A DNA stretch of 64,000 bases from Candidatus Marinacidobacterales bacterium (GCA_965224085.1 CBDCYI010000004.1:1088001-1152000); one strand, 5' to 3'; numbered from the stretch's first letter, positions 1 through 9,702 are shown. The notes: generated by a model not told the origin, from the sequence alone. Translations and numbers: made by a program.

Positions 1-697
1 CGTCTTTTGCGAGGCGCGCTACGACGGTGAAGATGCGCCAGCCGCGGCGAAGCTCGTCGTAGCTACCGCCCCAGGGCACCCACGCCGACAGCTCTTCGGG
101 AACACCTGCATCCGGAGGCAGGAGCAAGCGGAAACCCTCGGGCATCACCCCGACGACCGTGTGCGGCACGTCGTCCATATCCACGGTCTTGCCGACGATG
201 TCGCGATCGCCGCCGTAGCGACGCTGCCACAAACCGTGGCTCAGCACGATGACGGTAGGTCCGTTCGGAACGTCTTCGTCGGCGGCGACGAAACGTCCAA
301 GCGCCGGGCTCACACCGAGGGTCCGCAAGAAGCCTTGCGAAATGAAGCCCATGTCGATCTCTTCAGGATCGGAAGCGTCGTCGGTCAGCGCTGCCGGGCG
401 GTACCAGATACCGCCGACAGACCTGAAGGCGGTCGTATCGTCGCGATAAGCGACAAGCTCCGGCCCGGAGCTCGCGGGACGAGCGCTATCTTGGCGCGGC
501 AGCTCGGTGTGAATAACACCGAGTCGGTCAGGCTCTGGATAGGGGAGCGGCTTCAACAACACGCCGTCGATCACCGAAAAGATCGCCACGTTGGCGCCTA
601 TGCCGAGCGCCAGGGTGGCTACGACGACGAGGGCGAAGCCTGGACGCCGTTTCCAGGAACGAAGGGCGATGCGAAGATCCTGCGCCAGTGTCTCCAT
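1..697 (-). CDS. ABC transporter permease, MacB/ADOP type (5' part; runs off window edge)
   Basis: Not in the ORF track. The minus strand from ATG 697 (RBS AGGAG) reads METLAQDLRIALRSWKRRPGFALVVVATLALGIGANVAIFSVIDGVLLKPLPYPEPDRL, then LSHGLWQRRYGGD and TVVGVMPEGF, the typical MacB_PCD permease N-terminus. Confidence 0.9.
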   Translation of the reverse strand, partial: METLAQDLRIALRSWKRRPGFALVVVATLALGIGANVAIFSVIDGVLLKPLPYPEPDRLGVIHTELPRQDSARPASSGPELVAYRDDTTAFRSVGGIWYRPAALTDDASDPEEIDMGFISQGFLRTLGVSPALGRFVAADEDVPNGPTVIVLSHGLWQRRYGGDRDIVGKTVDMDDVPHTVVGVMPEGFRLLLPPDAGVPEELSAWVPWGGSYDELRRGWRIFTVVARLAKD

Positions 698-775
698 GAC
701 GGTCTCCTGTGAGCGTGCTATCCTGAAAGGGATCCCCCAACAGTCGAATCTACCCAAGCTCTCTCAGGAGGCCCT

Positions 776-1132
776 GTGGTCAAGCGGAAAAACTTTCCGG
801 CGGTTAAAGCACTCTTGTGCATGTTGGTCGTCTCGGTGAGCTGCGGCTTCTTCGCCGAATTCGAGAAGCAAGTCGTCGAAGATATCAAAGATAATCCAGT
901 GATTCGCAGGCACATCGGAACCATCGACTCCATCGACATCGATTGGTCCAAGACGGGCGAAGAGCCAGGTGAGAACGTGTTCGTTTTCGAGATTAGCGGC
1001 CCTAACGGAGAGGGGACGCTCACGGCGGAGTGCATCACCGTCGACGCCGAGCATGAAGACGTCGTTTCGGGTACGCTGCGTCTTGCATCCGGCAAAGAAT
1101 TCAATTTGTTCCCGATGGCCGGGGACTACTAA
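776..1132 (+). CDS. hypothetical lipoprotein
   Basis: 118-aa ORF with a basic N-terminus, a hydrophobic stretch and a lipobox-like VSVS-C, followed by an acidic beta-rich domain. Confidence 0.65.
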   Translation: MVKRKNFPAVKALLCMLVVSVSCGFFAEFEKQVVEDIKDNPVIRRHIGTIDSIDIDWSKTGEEPGENVFVFEISGPNGEGTLTAECITVDAEHEDVVSGTLRLASGKEFNLFPMAGDY

Positions 1133-1172
1133 CCCTAATCGCAAAAAAAGAGAGCAAAGTAGCGCGAAAGTA

Positions 1173-1200
1173 TTGACAAAGGAGCCTCTGGGTTTATGTT
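1173..1200 (+). promoter_or_regulatory. putative sigma70 promoter of the transposase
   Basis: TTGACA (1173-1178), 16-bp spacer, TATGTT (1195-1200), about 50 bp upstream of the transposase start. Confidence 0.45.
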
Positions 1201-1248
1201 TGGAGCGTTGCTTCCAAACAAAACCCCAAACGACCAGAGGCCCCTATA

Positions 1249-2622
1249 GTGCGCTTGAAACTATCTCGATTTCGCCGGAACTTCAACAAGGATCTTCCGA
1301 TCGAGTTCACAGAGCAGAACCTGAGCTCGTTTGGTGGACTGGAACTGTTTTCACGATATTTGCGCCGGGTTGAGCTAAGCCGCCGGGTAGGAAAGGCGTG
1401 CAGAGGAAAAGGCATTCGGTCGGACTACGGGAGCGTCCGACTGGTTCTGGTGTTGGTTGGGATGCTGCTCGTGGGAGCTCGTCGTCTAGAGCACCTGCAG
1501 TATGTCTGTGATGACCCGATGCTGCTTCGCTTCTGTGGGTTGAGAAGACTACCGAGCCGTCCGACGATCGTGAATTGGCTGAAGCAATTCACGGGAGAGC
1601 GGCTCAAGGGCCTATCGGAGTTGAACGGTGTATTGGTCCACGAGCAGATCGAGCGATTGGGTCTGAACCGTCTGACGGTAGATATGGACGGCACCGTGGT
1701 TCAGGCAGGCAATCAGGTTGGATGGGCGTTTCGAGGATTCAATCCTCATCGCAAGAAGAATAAAAGTTACTACCCTTTGTTCGCTCACCTGGCTCAGACG
1801 GGCCAGATTCTCAAATCCAGAAATCGTCCTGGCAACGTTCACGACTCCAAGGGTGCCGATGCGTTTCTACGGGAGCTGATAGGCGAGCTACGGGGCCAGT
1901 TCGGTCGGTCCCGAAAGCTGGAATTCCGCACGGATGCCGCGTTTTTCAACGAAAAGATTCTCAAGAGGCTAGAGCGCTCCCGAAGCGAGTTCGCGATCAA
2001 GGCTCCGTTCTGGCCGTGGCTCGGCCTAAAGGAGGTCGTCGCTGGGCGCAAGCGATGGCACCGCGTGAGTGACGAAATCGATGGCTTCTCCATCAAACAC
2101 TTCATCGAGCCCTGGAATATCACCGTCCGGATCGCGACCTATCGGAAGCGAGTTCGACATCGAACGCCGAAAAACTTCCAGCTCGACCTGTTTTCTCCAG
2201 ACGACGGCTACTTCGAGTACTCAGCCGTCGCCACCAACAAATCGCTCACCGTCCAACGCCTTTGGTACTTCGCTGCTGGGCGAGGCGGCCAAGAGAAAAC
2301 CTTCGCCGAATTGCGCAGCCAGTTCGCTCTCGACGTCGTGCCCACTAAAAGCTATGCCGCCAATAGCGCCTGGCAACAGTTGAACGTGCTCGCACACAAC
2401 CTGTGTCGCAGCTTTCAGCTCGACACCATCGCCGAAACGAAAGGCATCTCTCGAAAGCGTACATGCACCCATCTGCTGCACACCATCCGCACCATCCGCT
2501 TCCGCATCATCAACAAAGCCGGCCGCCTCGTTCGCGTTAGTGGTCGAAACGCGCTCCGAATGGCCACAAACTCCTCCACTCAGACACTCTTTGAAAGAAT
2601 CGAACTCGCGCTAGCGTCATGA
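1249..2622 (+). CDS. IS1380-family DDE transposase
   Basis: 457 aa. LSSFGGL N-terminal motif, VDMDGT, YYPL, RPGNVH, RTDAAF and RGGQEKTFAEL motifs typical of DDE_Tnp_1_4. Confidence 0.93.
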   Translation: MRLKLSRFRRNFNKDLPIEFTEQNLSSFGGLELFSRYLRRVELSRRVGKACRGKGIRSDYGSVRLVLVLVGMLLVGARRLEHLQYVCDDPMLLRFCGLRRLPSRPTIVNWLKQFTGERLKGLSELNGVLVHEQIERLGLNRLTVDMDGTVVQAGNQVGWAFRGFNPHRKKNKSYYPLFAHLAQTGQILKSRNRPGNVHDSKGADAFLRELIGELRGQFGRSRKLEFRTDAAFFNEKILKRLERSRSEFAIKAPFWPWLGLKEVVAGRKRWHRVSDEIDGFSIKHFIEPWNITVRIATYRKRVRHRTPKNFQLDLFSPDDGYFEYSAVATNKSLTVQRLWYFAAGRGGQEKTFAELRSQFALDVVPTKSYAANSAWQQLNVLAHNLCRSFQLDTIAETKGISRKRTCTHLLHTIRTIRFRIINKAGRLVRVSGRNALRMATNSSTQTLFERIELALAS

Positions 2623-2647
2623 ATTATTGTTCAATTAGGGCTAACAA

Positions 2648-3166
2648 CTAGCTCAGGGACTCTGCTCGCGCTTTGCCGTAGCCGCTTCCTTTGTTGGCGA
2701 TCGCGCGCGCAAAGAGGAGCAGCATGCTCAAAAGCCCTGCCCCGAGTCCCACGACGACACCAGCGTCGATGATCCCTCGCCACGGCTGCGGGAGCTGACG
2801 TACGAAGATAACGACGCCGATGATGGCGAAGAGCAAGACCCAGCTCGTGATGAGGACCCTTCGCGGCGCGCGGAAGAGCCCCATACAATAAGGAGCCGCG
2901 AACAACGCTCGGAACCAACCCGGGTTGTCTCCGAGCTCCATCGCCCGCTCTACGACACGTGGCGAAAAGCGCCGGTGGAAACCGCGATAGCCCTCCGCGT
3001 AAGCGTTGAACAACACCCATGCACCAAGAAGGACCCATTGCCAGCTCGTGAGGCTCCCGTCCCCGATCGGCTCGAGGGCGATGGGCGTGAGTTCGACGAG
3101 AGCGCGCAGGATGAAAACTGCGACACCCATCACGCCCCAGCTGGCAATCAAGAGAGAGCGTAGCAA
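2648..3166 (-). CDS. hypothetical integral membrane protein
   Basis: 172 aa with about four hydrophobic segments and a YAEGYRGFHRRFSPRVV loop that looks conserved. Confidence 0.75.
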   Translation of the reverse strand: MLRSLLIASWGVMGVAVFILRALVELTPIALEPIGDGSLTSWQWVLLGAWVLFNAYAEGYRGFHRRFSPRVVERAMELGDNPGWFRALFAAPYCMGLFRAPRRVLITSWVLLFAIIGVVIFVRQLPQPWRGIIDAGVVVGLGAGLLSMLLLFARAIANKGSGYGKARAESLS

Positions 3167-3277
3167 TATCAGTAGCCATTCCCACGAGTAGTTACTTGTG
3201 CGATAGACCTAGATGTTCCTTGCACCATACAATGCCTCCACGATATCTGCCAAAGGCAGGAGGCAACAAACCCAATC

Positions 3278-4453
3278 ATGCATCGACGCGATCTTCTTCG
3301 TTTTCTCGCGGGAAGCCCCTTTTTCGCGGGCTTGCCGCAGCTTCCAGGTGAGAAGACCATCACGTCGCCGGAGGAGGCGTTCAGCGTCTTCGACTTCGAG
3401 CGTGTTGCGCGCGACGTGCTTCCGCCGGCGCATTGGGGCTATCTTGCCACCGGCGTGGATGGCGATCGCACATTGCATGCCAATCGCGAAGGCTTCGACA
3501 AGTTCGGCATTCGAGCGCGGCGCCTCGTCGACGTGCGCGAAGTGGATACGTCGGTCGAGATCTTCGGGACCCGGTGGGAAAAGCCGATCGTGCTCGCACC
3601 GGTCGGAAGCCAAAAAGCGTTTCATCCAGAAGGCGAAGTCGCGGTCGCGCGGGCCGCAAGAAACGGCAGCCATCTCCAAATCCTCTCGACGATGACGACC
3701 GCTTCGGTCGAAGACGTCAACGCCGCGCGCGGTACGCCGGTTTGGTATCAGCTCTATCCCACCGCGAGCTGGGACGTGACCCAAGGACTGCTGTCGCGAG
3801 CGGAGCGCGCCGGCTGTCCCGCTGTTGTCTTGACGGTCGACCTTCCCGTGATCAGCCATCGCGAGACCGCGCAGCGCTTCGCGCGGATGGACGCGCGCGA
3901 TTGCTCCGTCTGCCACGAGACTGGGCCCGTCTATTTCCGGCTCAGACGCAAACCGATGTTCGACGATGTCGACGTCACCGGGCTCACCGATTTTGATGCG
4001 CCAAGCCTCACATGGTCGTTCATCGAGCGTCTGAAGGAGCACACCACGATGAAGGTGCTCATCAAAGGCATCGTGTCACGAGAAGACGCTGCGCTCGCGG
4101 TCGAGCACGGAGCCGATGGGCTCATCGTCTCGAACCACGGCGGCCGTGCAGAGGAGAGCGGCGTTTCTACGATCGAGGTTCTACCCGAAGTGATCGAAGC
4201 GGTGCGCGGACGCATTCCAGTAATTATCGACAGCGGCTTCCGTCGCGGTACGGATATCTTCAAAGCGCTTGCACTCGGAGCGACGGCGGTGGCAGTCGGG
4301 CGCCCCTATATTTGGGGCCTCGCGAGCTTCGGACAAGAGGGCGTGGAGATGGTACTCACGACCTTGTGTCGTGAGCTCGAGCTCGCCATGCGGTTAGCGG
4401 GAGCGACGTCGGTGCGAGCTCTGGACCACTCCTTCGTGCGTCCATCGATTTAG
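3278..4453 (+). CDS. FMN-dependent alpha-hydroxy acid oxidase/dehydrogenase with Tat-like signal
   Basis: LAPVG, WYQLY, LTVD, IKGI, VSNHGGR, DSGFRRGTDIFKALALGA and GRP motifs. N-terminus is MHRRDLLRFL. Confidence 0.93.
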   Translation: MHRRDLLRFLAGSPFFAGLPQLPGEKTITSPEEAFSVFDFERVARDVLPPAHWGYLATGVDGDRTLHANREGFDKFGIRARRLVDVREVDTSVEIFGTRWEKPIVLAPVGSQKAFHPEGEVAVARAARNGSHLQILSTMTTASVEDVNAARGTPVWYQLYPTASWDVTQGLLSRAERAGCPAVVLTVDLPVISHRETAQRFARMDARDCSVCHETGPVYFRLRRKPMFDDVDVTGLTDFDAPSLTWSFIERLKEHTTMKVLIKGIVSREDAALAVEHGADGLIVSNHGGRAEESGVSTIEVLPEVIEAVRGRIPVIIDSGFRRGTDIFKALALGATAVAVGRPYIWGLASFGQEGVEMVLTTLCRELELAMRLAGATSVRALDHSFVRPSI

Positions 4454-4870
4454 TTTTAGTGGTGCGACGACACTAGCGGCTTCGGGCAAGCGCCGCGTTG
4501 TTGTCCCGGCACCGTTTTTCGAGCTTCTTGGCGAGGTCGTCGGCCGCCGAGGATTATCGCCGACACGAACACCGAGCTGGCCGTCCGTTTCAGTCGCCGA
4601 TGTGTTGGTAACGCTTTGCCCACTGATCGTCGACTGGCTCGTGCCTTGACCGATCCGCTGACTGTAGACCTCGACGAGGATTTCGGCCTCGTCTTTGTTC
4701 TCGACGACTTGCAGCCAGTCCTTTCGCCTCTTGACCCGGTCTCGGATAGTCTTCGCCGCTTTTTCCGCGTACTCTTGCTCCGGTCCCGATGCGGGAGGGG
4801 TGAGGCCTACCCAATCCAAGGCCACGCTCCAAGTAAGCTGGCGGTTGCGATTCTCGCCAAGCGCCCCCAA
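4394..4870 (-). pseudogene. possible remnant of a hypothetical protein
   Basis: Only the central part (EYAEKAAKTIRDRVKRRKDWLQVVENKDEAEILVEV) looks protein-like. The ends are low quality and overlap the oxidase gene. Confidence 0.3.
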
Positions 4871-4916
4871 AACGGGCGGCTTCCCGGCGCCCGGTCGCTG
4901 AAAGCATCAGCCAAGC

Positions 4917-5387
4917 TCATGGCTGCTTCGGTTGCGAGTAACTACCCATGAGCGCTACGCACTCATCGAGCAGGACCCCTTGCACTATGGAGGGAGGCGT
5001 CCCGAAGCCTTGGATCTCTGGGTCGACGAGGATCGCATACCGCGACGTGACGCCACCGAGCGCCCCCGTTGGCATACCGATGACGACGCGGTCGATCAAC
5101 GAGCGCCGTATCGCATACGAGCAGAGAACACATGGCTCCACGTTCGTGTACACCGTGCATCCGCGCAAGTCGACCATGCCTCTGGCGCGCGCCGCATGGC
5201 GGATGGCAACCACCTCCGCGTGCGCGGTCACGTCCAGGCTCGATTTCGACCCCTAGCGACCTTGGCCAAGGACTCTGCCTTCGAGAACGACAATGGCCCC
5301 CACCGGGACTTCGCCTTCGCTTGCCGCGGCGCGGCCGAGCTCCAGACACTGTCGCATGAGCTCCTCGTCACGTGCTAGCACCGCCAT
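4917..5387 (-). pseudogene. TadA-like nucleoside deaminase interrupted by an in-frame TAG
   Basis: ATG 5387 with RBS GGAGG. Reads GEVPVGAIVV..GQGR*GSKSSLDVTAHAE..EPCVLC in one frame, with the stop at 5253-5255. Confidence 0.8.
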
Positions 5388-5407
5388 CGAACCTCCACCG
5401 GAAGCTT

Positions 5408-7048
5408 TTAAATCGGTCGATCCGCGCGGGCAGGCTTGATTCCCATGGTCTTGATGCGGGATCTCAGCGTCGAGGCGTTCATACCCAGTAGCTCCGCCGT
5501 GCCGCCTCGACCGGCAATTCTCCAGTTGGTCTGCTCCAGGGCCGCGACGAGATTTTCGCGCTCGATGCGTCTCAGCTCCTCGTAGTTGAGAAGGCTCTTC
5601 CCAGATTTCGATTTGGAGGACGGCGATCCCTCGGAGCGGTGCAGCCGCACCGTCGGTAGGTCGAAATTGAGCTTTCCCGATCGCAAGGTGATCACCGCGC
5701 GCTCGACGATGTTCTGGAGCTCCCGGACGTTGCCGGGCCAATCGTAAGCTTGAAGCATCCGCACATGACTCTGCGTGAGCCTCGGGGCTGGTACGCCTAG
5801 CCGCCGGCAGACGTTCTCCAAGCACATAGCAGCAAGGGCGGGAATGTCTTCGAGGCGCTCGCGAAGCGGCGCCACGGTTATTGGAAAAACGTTCAACCGA
5901 TAGTACAAGTCCTTTCGGAAACGCCCCTCGCTGACGCGCTCTTCCAGATTGCAGTTCGTCGCAGCGATGATTCGAACATCTACCTTGCGGGTGTGGGCTT
6001 CTCCGATACGCTCGAACGTGCCTTCCTGGAGAACGCGTAGCAGTTTGCTCTGAAGCTCCAAAGGAATCTCTGCGATTTCGTCCAGAAGGAGCGTGGCCCG
6101 GTCGGCCAACTGAAAACGCCCCACGCGGTCGCTCACCGCGCCGGTAAACGCTCCTTTTACATGCCCGAAGAACTCGCTCTCGAACAGCTCTCGCGGTATC
6201 GCCCCGCAATTCACTTTTACCATCGCACGCCCCCGGCGCCGGCTTTGTTCGTGAATGGCTCGAGCAATCAGCTCCTTTCCCGTTCCGGATTCTCCGAGAA
6301 TCATGACGGCACTCTCCGTGGGAGCAACCAACTCTATCTGCTCGAGCACCCTTCCGAGTGTCGAGCTCTCCCCGACGATGCCGCCAAAGGCGTGGGCGTT
6401 TTTGACCTCCTGTTGTAAGTATTCGTTCTCGAGCTCCAGCTCCTTCTTCAGCCTCTCGATTTCTTCGAATGCGCGCGCGTTGGCGATTGCCGCAGCGGCG
6501 TGATCGGCGAAGGCGCGCAACCAGAGAAACTCTTGGTCGTCGATGAATGCGCGACGGAAAACGCCCAGAACACCAAGCGTCTCGTCCCTGAAAATCAACG
6601 GATGCCCCGCGAAGCTCGCGATGCTTTCCTTCTTCAACCAGTCGCCGCGAGCGAACCATTCACTATCTCGCGCGGTGTCATGGAGCAGCTTGGATTCCCC
6701 GCTCGAGCCGATCTTGCCGACGTGTCGCACACCGAGCGGGAACCTGCGGTAAGAGCCATCCATGCTGAACCAGTCCGTGCCGCTGTCGGGAGCGACGGCG
6801 CGGGCAGCGCTGGCAACGAGATGAAGGCAGCGCGTTTGGTCCGGGCATTCCGCCCGCGCCGCGCACCCCGCACAGATATCACCTGGCCGAATCAACCAGA
6901 TACGAGCCAGGGCGACCTCGGGAAGTCCCCGCAACCGCTCGACGAGCCGGCTCAAAAGAGCGGGCAGGGCGCGCTCGTGAGCGATGTCGAGGAAGATTTG
7001 CTCGAGCTCCTGGCGCTCGGAGGCGTCGTAGAGGCTCTTGTCCGTCAC
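5408..7048 (-). CDS. sigma54-dependent enhancer-binding protein (GAF-AAA+-HTH, FhlA/NifA-like)
   Basis: GAF region, Walker A GESGTGKE, GAFTGA, LLLDEI, WPGNVREL and a C-terminal Fis-type HTH. Start placed at GTG 7048 because the longer ORF (to 7162) spans the enhancer repeats. Confidence 0.93.
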   Translation of the reverse strand: MTDKSLYDASERQELEQIFLDIAHERALPALLSRLVERLRGLPEVALARIWLIRPGDICAGCAARAECPDQTRCLHLVASAARAVAPDSGTDWFSMDGSYRRFPLGVRHVGKIGSSGESKLLHDTARDSEWFARGDWLKKESIASFAGHPLIFRDETLGVLGVFRRAFIDDQEFLWLRAFADHAAAAIANARAFEEIERLKKELELENEYLQQEVKNAHAFGGIVGESSTLGRVLEQIELVAPTESAVMILGESGTGKELIARAIHEQSRRRGRAMVKVNCGAIPRELFESEFFGHVKGAFTGAVSDRVGRFQLADRATLLLDEIAEIPLELQSKLLRVLQEGTFERIGEAHTRKVDVRIIAATNCNLEERVSEGRFRKDLYYRLNVFPITVAPLRERLEDIPALAAMCLENVCRRLGVPAPRLTQSHVRMLQAYDWPGNVRELQNIVERAVITLRSGKLNFDLPTVRLHRSEGSPSSKSKSGKSLLNYEELRRIERENLVAALEQTNWRIAGRGGTAELLGMNASTLRSRIKTMGIKPARADRPI

Positions 7049-7083
7049 GCTGAGAGTTTGCACGACAGAGGGCAAGTTGTCAA

Positions 7084-7113
7084 CGCGAGATTTCGCGAGT
7101 CGCGAGATTTCGC
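7084..7113. promoter_or_regulatory. tandem upstream activator sites
   Basis: Exact 13-bp direct repeat CGCGAGATTTCGC at 7084-7096 and 7101-7113. Each copy contains the dyad GCGA-N4-TCGC. Confidence 0.7.
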
Positions 7114-7171
7114 ATTGACCTCTATGCAACATAAATTCCGTTCTATCAACGGTTTCCTCCATTCGCCGGCC

Positions 7172-7187
7172 TGGCCTAGGAATTGCT
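7172..7187 (+). promoter_or_regulatory. sigma54 -24/-12 promoter
   Basis: TGGCCTAGGAATTGCT, with exact GG-N10-GC spacing, upstream of the hydrolase and next to a divergent enhancer-binding protein gene. Confidence 0.8.
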
Positions 7188-7229
7188 TTTCCGCCTAGTC
7201 AAACGCGCACACTTCGAAAGGAGAATAAA

Positions 7230-8219
7230 ATGAACCCAAGAACAACGACCCGCGTTCTGGCGTCCGTCACCATCTTGCTCGTCACGGCCTCCCTCGTATG
7301 GGTCGGAGCATGGGCCAGCCCGAAGGCTTCCGATTCCGACTTCGATGCTTCCCAGGTCCTGAACAAGACCATGACGATCGATGGGCTGGACATCTTCTAC
7401 CGGGAGGTCGGACCGAAGAACGCCAAGAACGTTCTTCTGCTGCACGGCTTTCCTACTTCATCCCACATGTTTCGCAATTTGCTCCCGGCTCTTGCCGACA
7501 AGTACCACGTCATAGCACCCGACTACCCGGGCTACGGCAACAGCTCGATGCCGAGCGTCGAGGAGTTCGACTACACGTTCGATCGCATGGCCGAGCTCAT
7601 CGAGACGTTCACCGAGAAGCTTGGGCTCGCGACCTACAGCCTTTACTTGATGGACTACGGCGCGCCGATCGGGTTTCGCCTCGCCGCCAAGCATCCAGAA
7701 CGTGTCGACACGCTCATCATTCAGAACGGAAACGCGTACGATGAAGGCCTCCTCGAATTCTGGGACCCCATCAAGGCCTACTGGAAGGATAAGACAACGG
7801 AGAACGGCGATGAGCTCAGGGGATTGCTCACCATCGATGCCACCAAGTGGCAGTACACGCACGGCGTGCGCAACCAGGAAGCCGTAAGCCCGGACAACTG
7901 GAACATCGATCAGCGCTTGCTCGATCGGGAAGGAAACCAGGAGATCCAGCTCGCGATGTTCTATGACTATGGATCCAACCCACCGCTCTATCCGGAATGG
8001 CAAGCTTACTTTCGCACGCACCAGCCGCCCACTCTCTTAACCTGGGGCAAGAACGACCCGATTTTCCCAGAGGAAGGCGCTCATCCGTACAAGCGGGATC
8101 TAAAGAACCTCGAGTTTCACATTCTCGATACCGGCCACTTCGCGCTCGAGGAGGACGGCAAGCTCATCGCGCAGCTGATACGCGATTTCCTAGAGAGGAA
8201 TCTCGACAGCGAAACTTGA
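7230..8219 (+). CDS. secreted alpha/beta hydrolase (epoxide hydrolase/haloalkane dehalogenase-like)
   Basis: Signal peptide, LLHGFP, DYPGYG, nucleophile elbow MDYGAP (Asp), WGKND and TGHF. RBS AGGAG. Confidence 0.92.
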   Translation: MNPRTTTRVLASVTILLVTASLVWVGAWASPKASDSDFDASQVLNKTMTIDGLDIFYREVGPKNAKNVLLLHGFPTSSHMFRNLLPALADKYHVIAPDYPGYGNSSMPSVEEFDYTFDRMAELIETFTEKLGLATYSLYLMDYGAPIGFRLAAKHPERVDTLIIQNGNAYDEGLLEFWDPIKAYWKDKTTENGDELRGLLTIDATKWQYTHGVRNQEAVSPDNWNIDQRLLDREGNQEIQLAMFYDYGSNPPLYPEWQAYFRTHQPPTLLTWGKNDPIFPEEGAHPYKRDLKNLEFHILDTGHFALEEDGKLIAQLIRDFLERNLDSET

Positions 8220-8311
8220 CGATTGATGATGAGGCCGAGGCTACGCGGCGACTGCTCTTCCGCCGCGCGGCTCTCGAAGGCTCGAGTGCCCAATCGTAAA
8301 AGAGGTCAACG

Positions 8312-8956
8312 ATGGAAAAGAAAAACACAAAAAGCGCCAAAGTTCTTTCCGTGAACGTCGGCGGTGCCCGTCAGTTCGACTATAACGGCCGAGCAGCCCA
8401 GAGTGCCATCTGGAAGTTCCCCGTCGCGGGGCGCGTCAGAGTCTCCGGCGTCAATCTTGATGGAGACGATCAGGCCGATCGCACAGCCCATGGCGGCCCG
8501 GATAAGGCGGTTTACGCGTACGCGGTCGAGGATTACAAATGGTGGCAGACCCAACTCGATCGTCCCTTACAGCACGCCGAATTCGGAGAGAACCTGACCA
8601 CAGAAGGGATCGACGTGACGAGCGCGCTGATCGGGGAACGCTGGCAGATCGGGAGCGTCCTGCTCGAAGTTTCGGAGCCAAGAGTGCCTTGTTGGCGACT
8701 CGGCGCGCGCATGGGGGATCCGCGCTTTCCACGCCGCTTCACGGCTGCCGGGAGGCCGGGCGCGTACTTGCGGATCCTCGTGGAAGGAGAGCTCGGCGCC
8801 GGCGATGAGATTCGAGTCGTCGCCCGCCCTGCACACGAGCTTTCCATAGGAGATATGTTCCGCATCTACACGCGCGACCGGCAGGAAGCCCATCGCCTTC
8901 TCGCCGTCTCGGAAATTTCGGATGCTTGGACCCGGTGGGCAGAGGACCGAGTCTAG
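8312..8956 (+). CDS. MOSC domain protein (YiiM-like)
   Basis: GDDQADRTAHGGPDKAVYAY, FGENLT, SEPRVPCWRL and GAYLR motifs. Confidence 0.92.
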   Translation: MEKKNTKSAKVLSVNVGGARQFDYNGRAAQSAIWKFPVAGRVRVSGVNLDGDDQADRTAHGGPDKAVYAYAVEDYKWWQTQLDRPLQHAEFGENLTTEGIDVTSALIGERWQIGSVLLEVSEPRVPCWRLGARMGDPRFPRRFTAAGRPGAYLRILVEGELGAGDEIRVVARPAHELSIGDMFRIYTRDRQEAHRLLAVSEISDAWTRWAEDRV

Positions 8957-8986
8957 CGAGCCCCCTGCATGGAGTAGAACAACTTC

Positions 8987-9319
8987 GACGAGCACGGCAA
9001 CGCGGTCGTTAATACCTATACGCTGATGTTCTCCTACGGCTCGGGCGTCGTCATCGACGGCGCAGGCATTCTCATGAACAACAACATGGGAAACTTCACG
9101 CTCCGCCCCGACATCCCGGACGCTTTCGGACTCATGGGAAGCGCCGACAATCAGATCGCGCCGGGGCACCGGCTGGTGAGCTCCATGACACCAGAGATCG
9201 TCTTTCGCGAAGGGAAGCCTTTTCTTCTCACCGGAAGCCCCGGCGGGAGTCGCATCATCACCACCAACCTTCAGCTCATCCTCAATGTCCTCGCTCACGG
9301 AATGAACATCGCCGACGCG
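8987..9319 (+). pseudogene. gamma-glutamyltransferase small-subunit fragment
   Basis: DEHGNAVVNTYTLMFSYGSG..GILMNNNM..SSMTP..GSPGGSRIIT. The large subunit, the catalytic Thr and the C-terminus are missing. Confidence 0.85.
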
Positions 9320-9324
9320 CGACC

Positions 9325-9390
9325 CGTGCGCAGAACACGATCTATCACAACGCGCGCCGCGCATCGCACGTCGTTCTCCCCATCGTCGAA
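9325..9390 (+). pseudogene. C-terminal scrap of a CocE/NonD-type hydrolase
   Basis: Frame from 9325 reads RAQNTIYHNARRASHVVLPIVE, which resembles the typical CocE/NonD tail. Confidence 0.55.
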
Positions 9391-9457
9391 CGCCGAGCGC
9401 CTCGCCACGCGCTTGTGCTCAGTAGTCGATGGCGTAGCTCCATCGTTAGTGGCGTGA

Positions 9458-9700
9458 CTATCTCGCACTGAGGTTCATCGCGCGTCGGCGGATCGCGCGC
9501 AACCACATCCGGCGGATGATCGCGCTCCCGGGATAGATCGCGCGCCAGTATGCGCCAAAACCTCGGCGCGCGGCCGGGCTGTTGGCATACACGCGCGTCT
9601 CGGTGGACACGACCGAACCGCCCGCCCCATCGGATTCGACAAGAAAGTTCATCGCCGCAAATGCGAATCCAGGGGGCATCGGCATCTGAAAGAGTCTCGG
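9458..9700 (-). pseudogene. C-terminal fragment of a conserved hypothetical protein
   Basis: PGFAFAAMNFLV..STETRV..RRGFGAYWRAIYPGSAIIRRMWLRAIRRRA. It has no credible start of its own and abuts the truncated PIN gene. Confidence 0.6.
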
Positions 9701-9702
9701 TA

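Larger units (their letters stand above)
1133..2640 (+). mobile_element. IS1380-family insertion sequence, apparently complete (1508 bp)
   Basis: Imperfect terminal inverted repeats: CCCTAATCGCAAAA at 1133, and the right end (reverse complement CCCTAATTGAACAA) ending at 2640. Flanked by direct repeat CTAA at 1129-1132 and 2641-2644. Contains a single transposase ORF. Confidence 0.9.

Noticed and set aside
5253-5255. Pyrrolysine recoding of the deaminase TAG
   Set aside because: No pyl genes or methylamine methyltransferases in the window, and the position is not catalytic.
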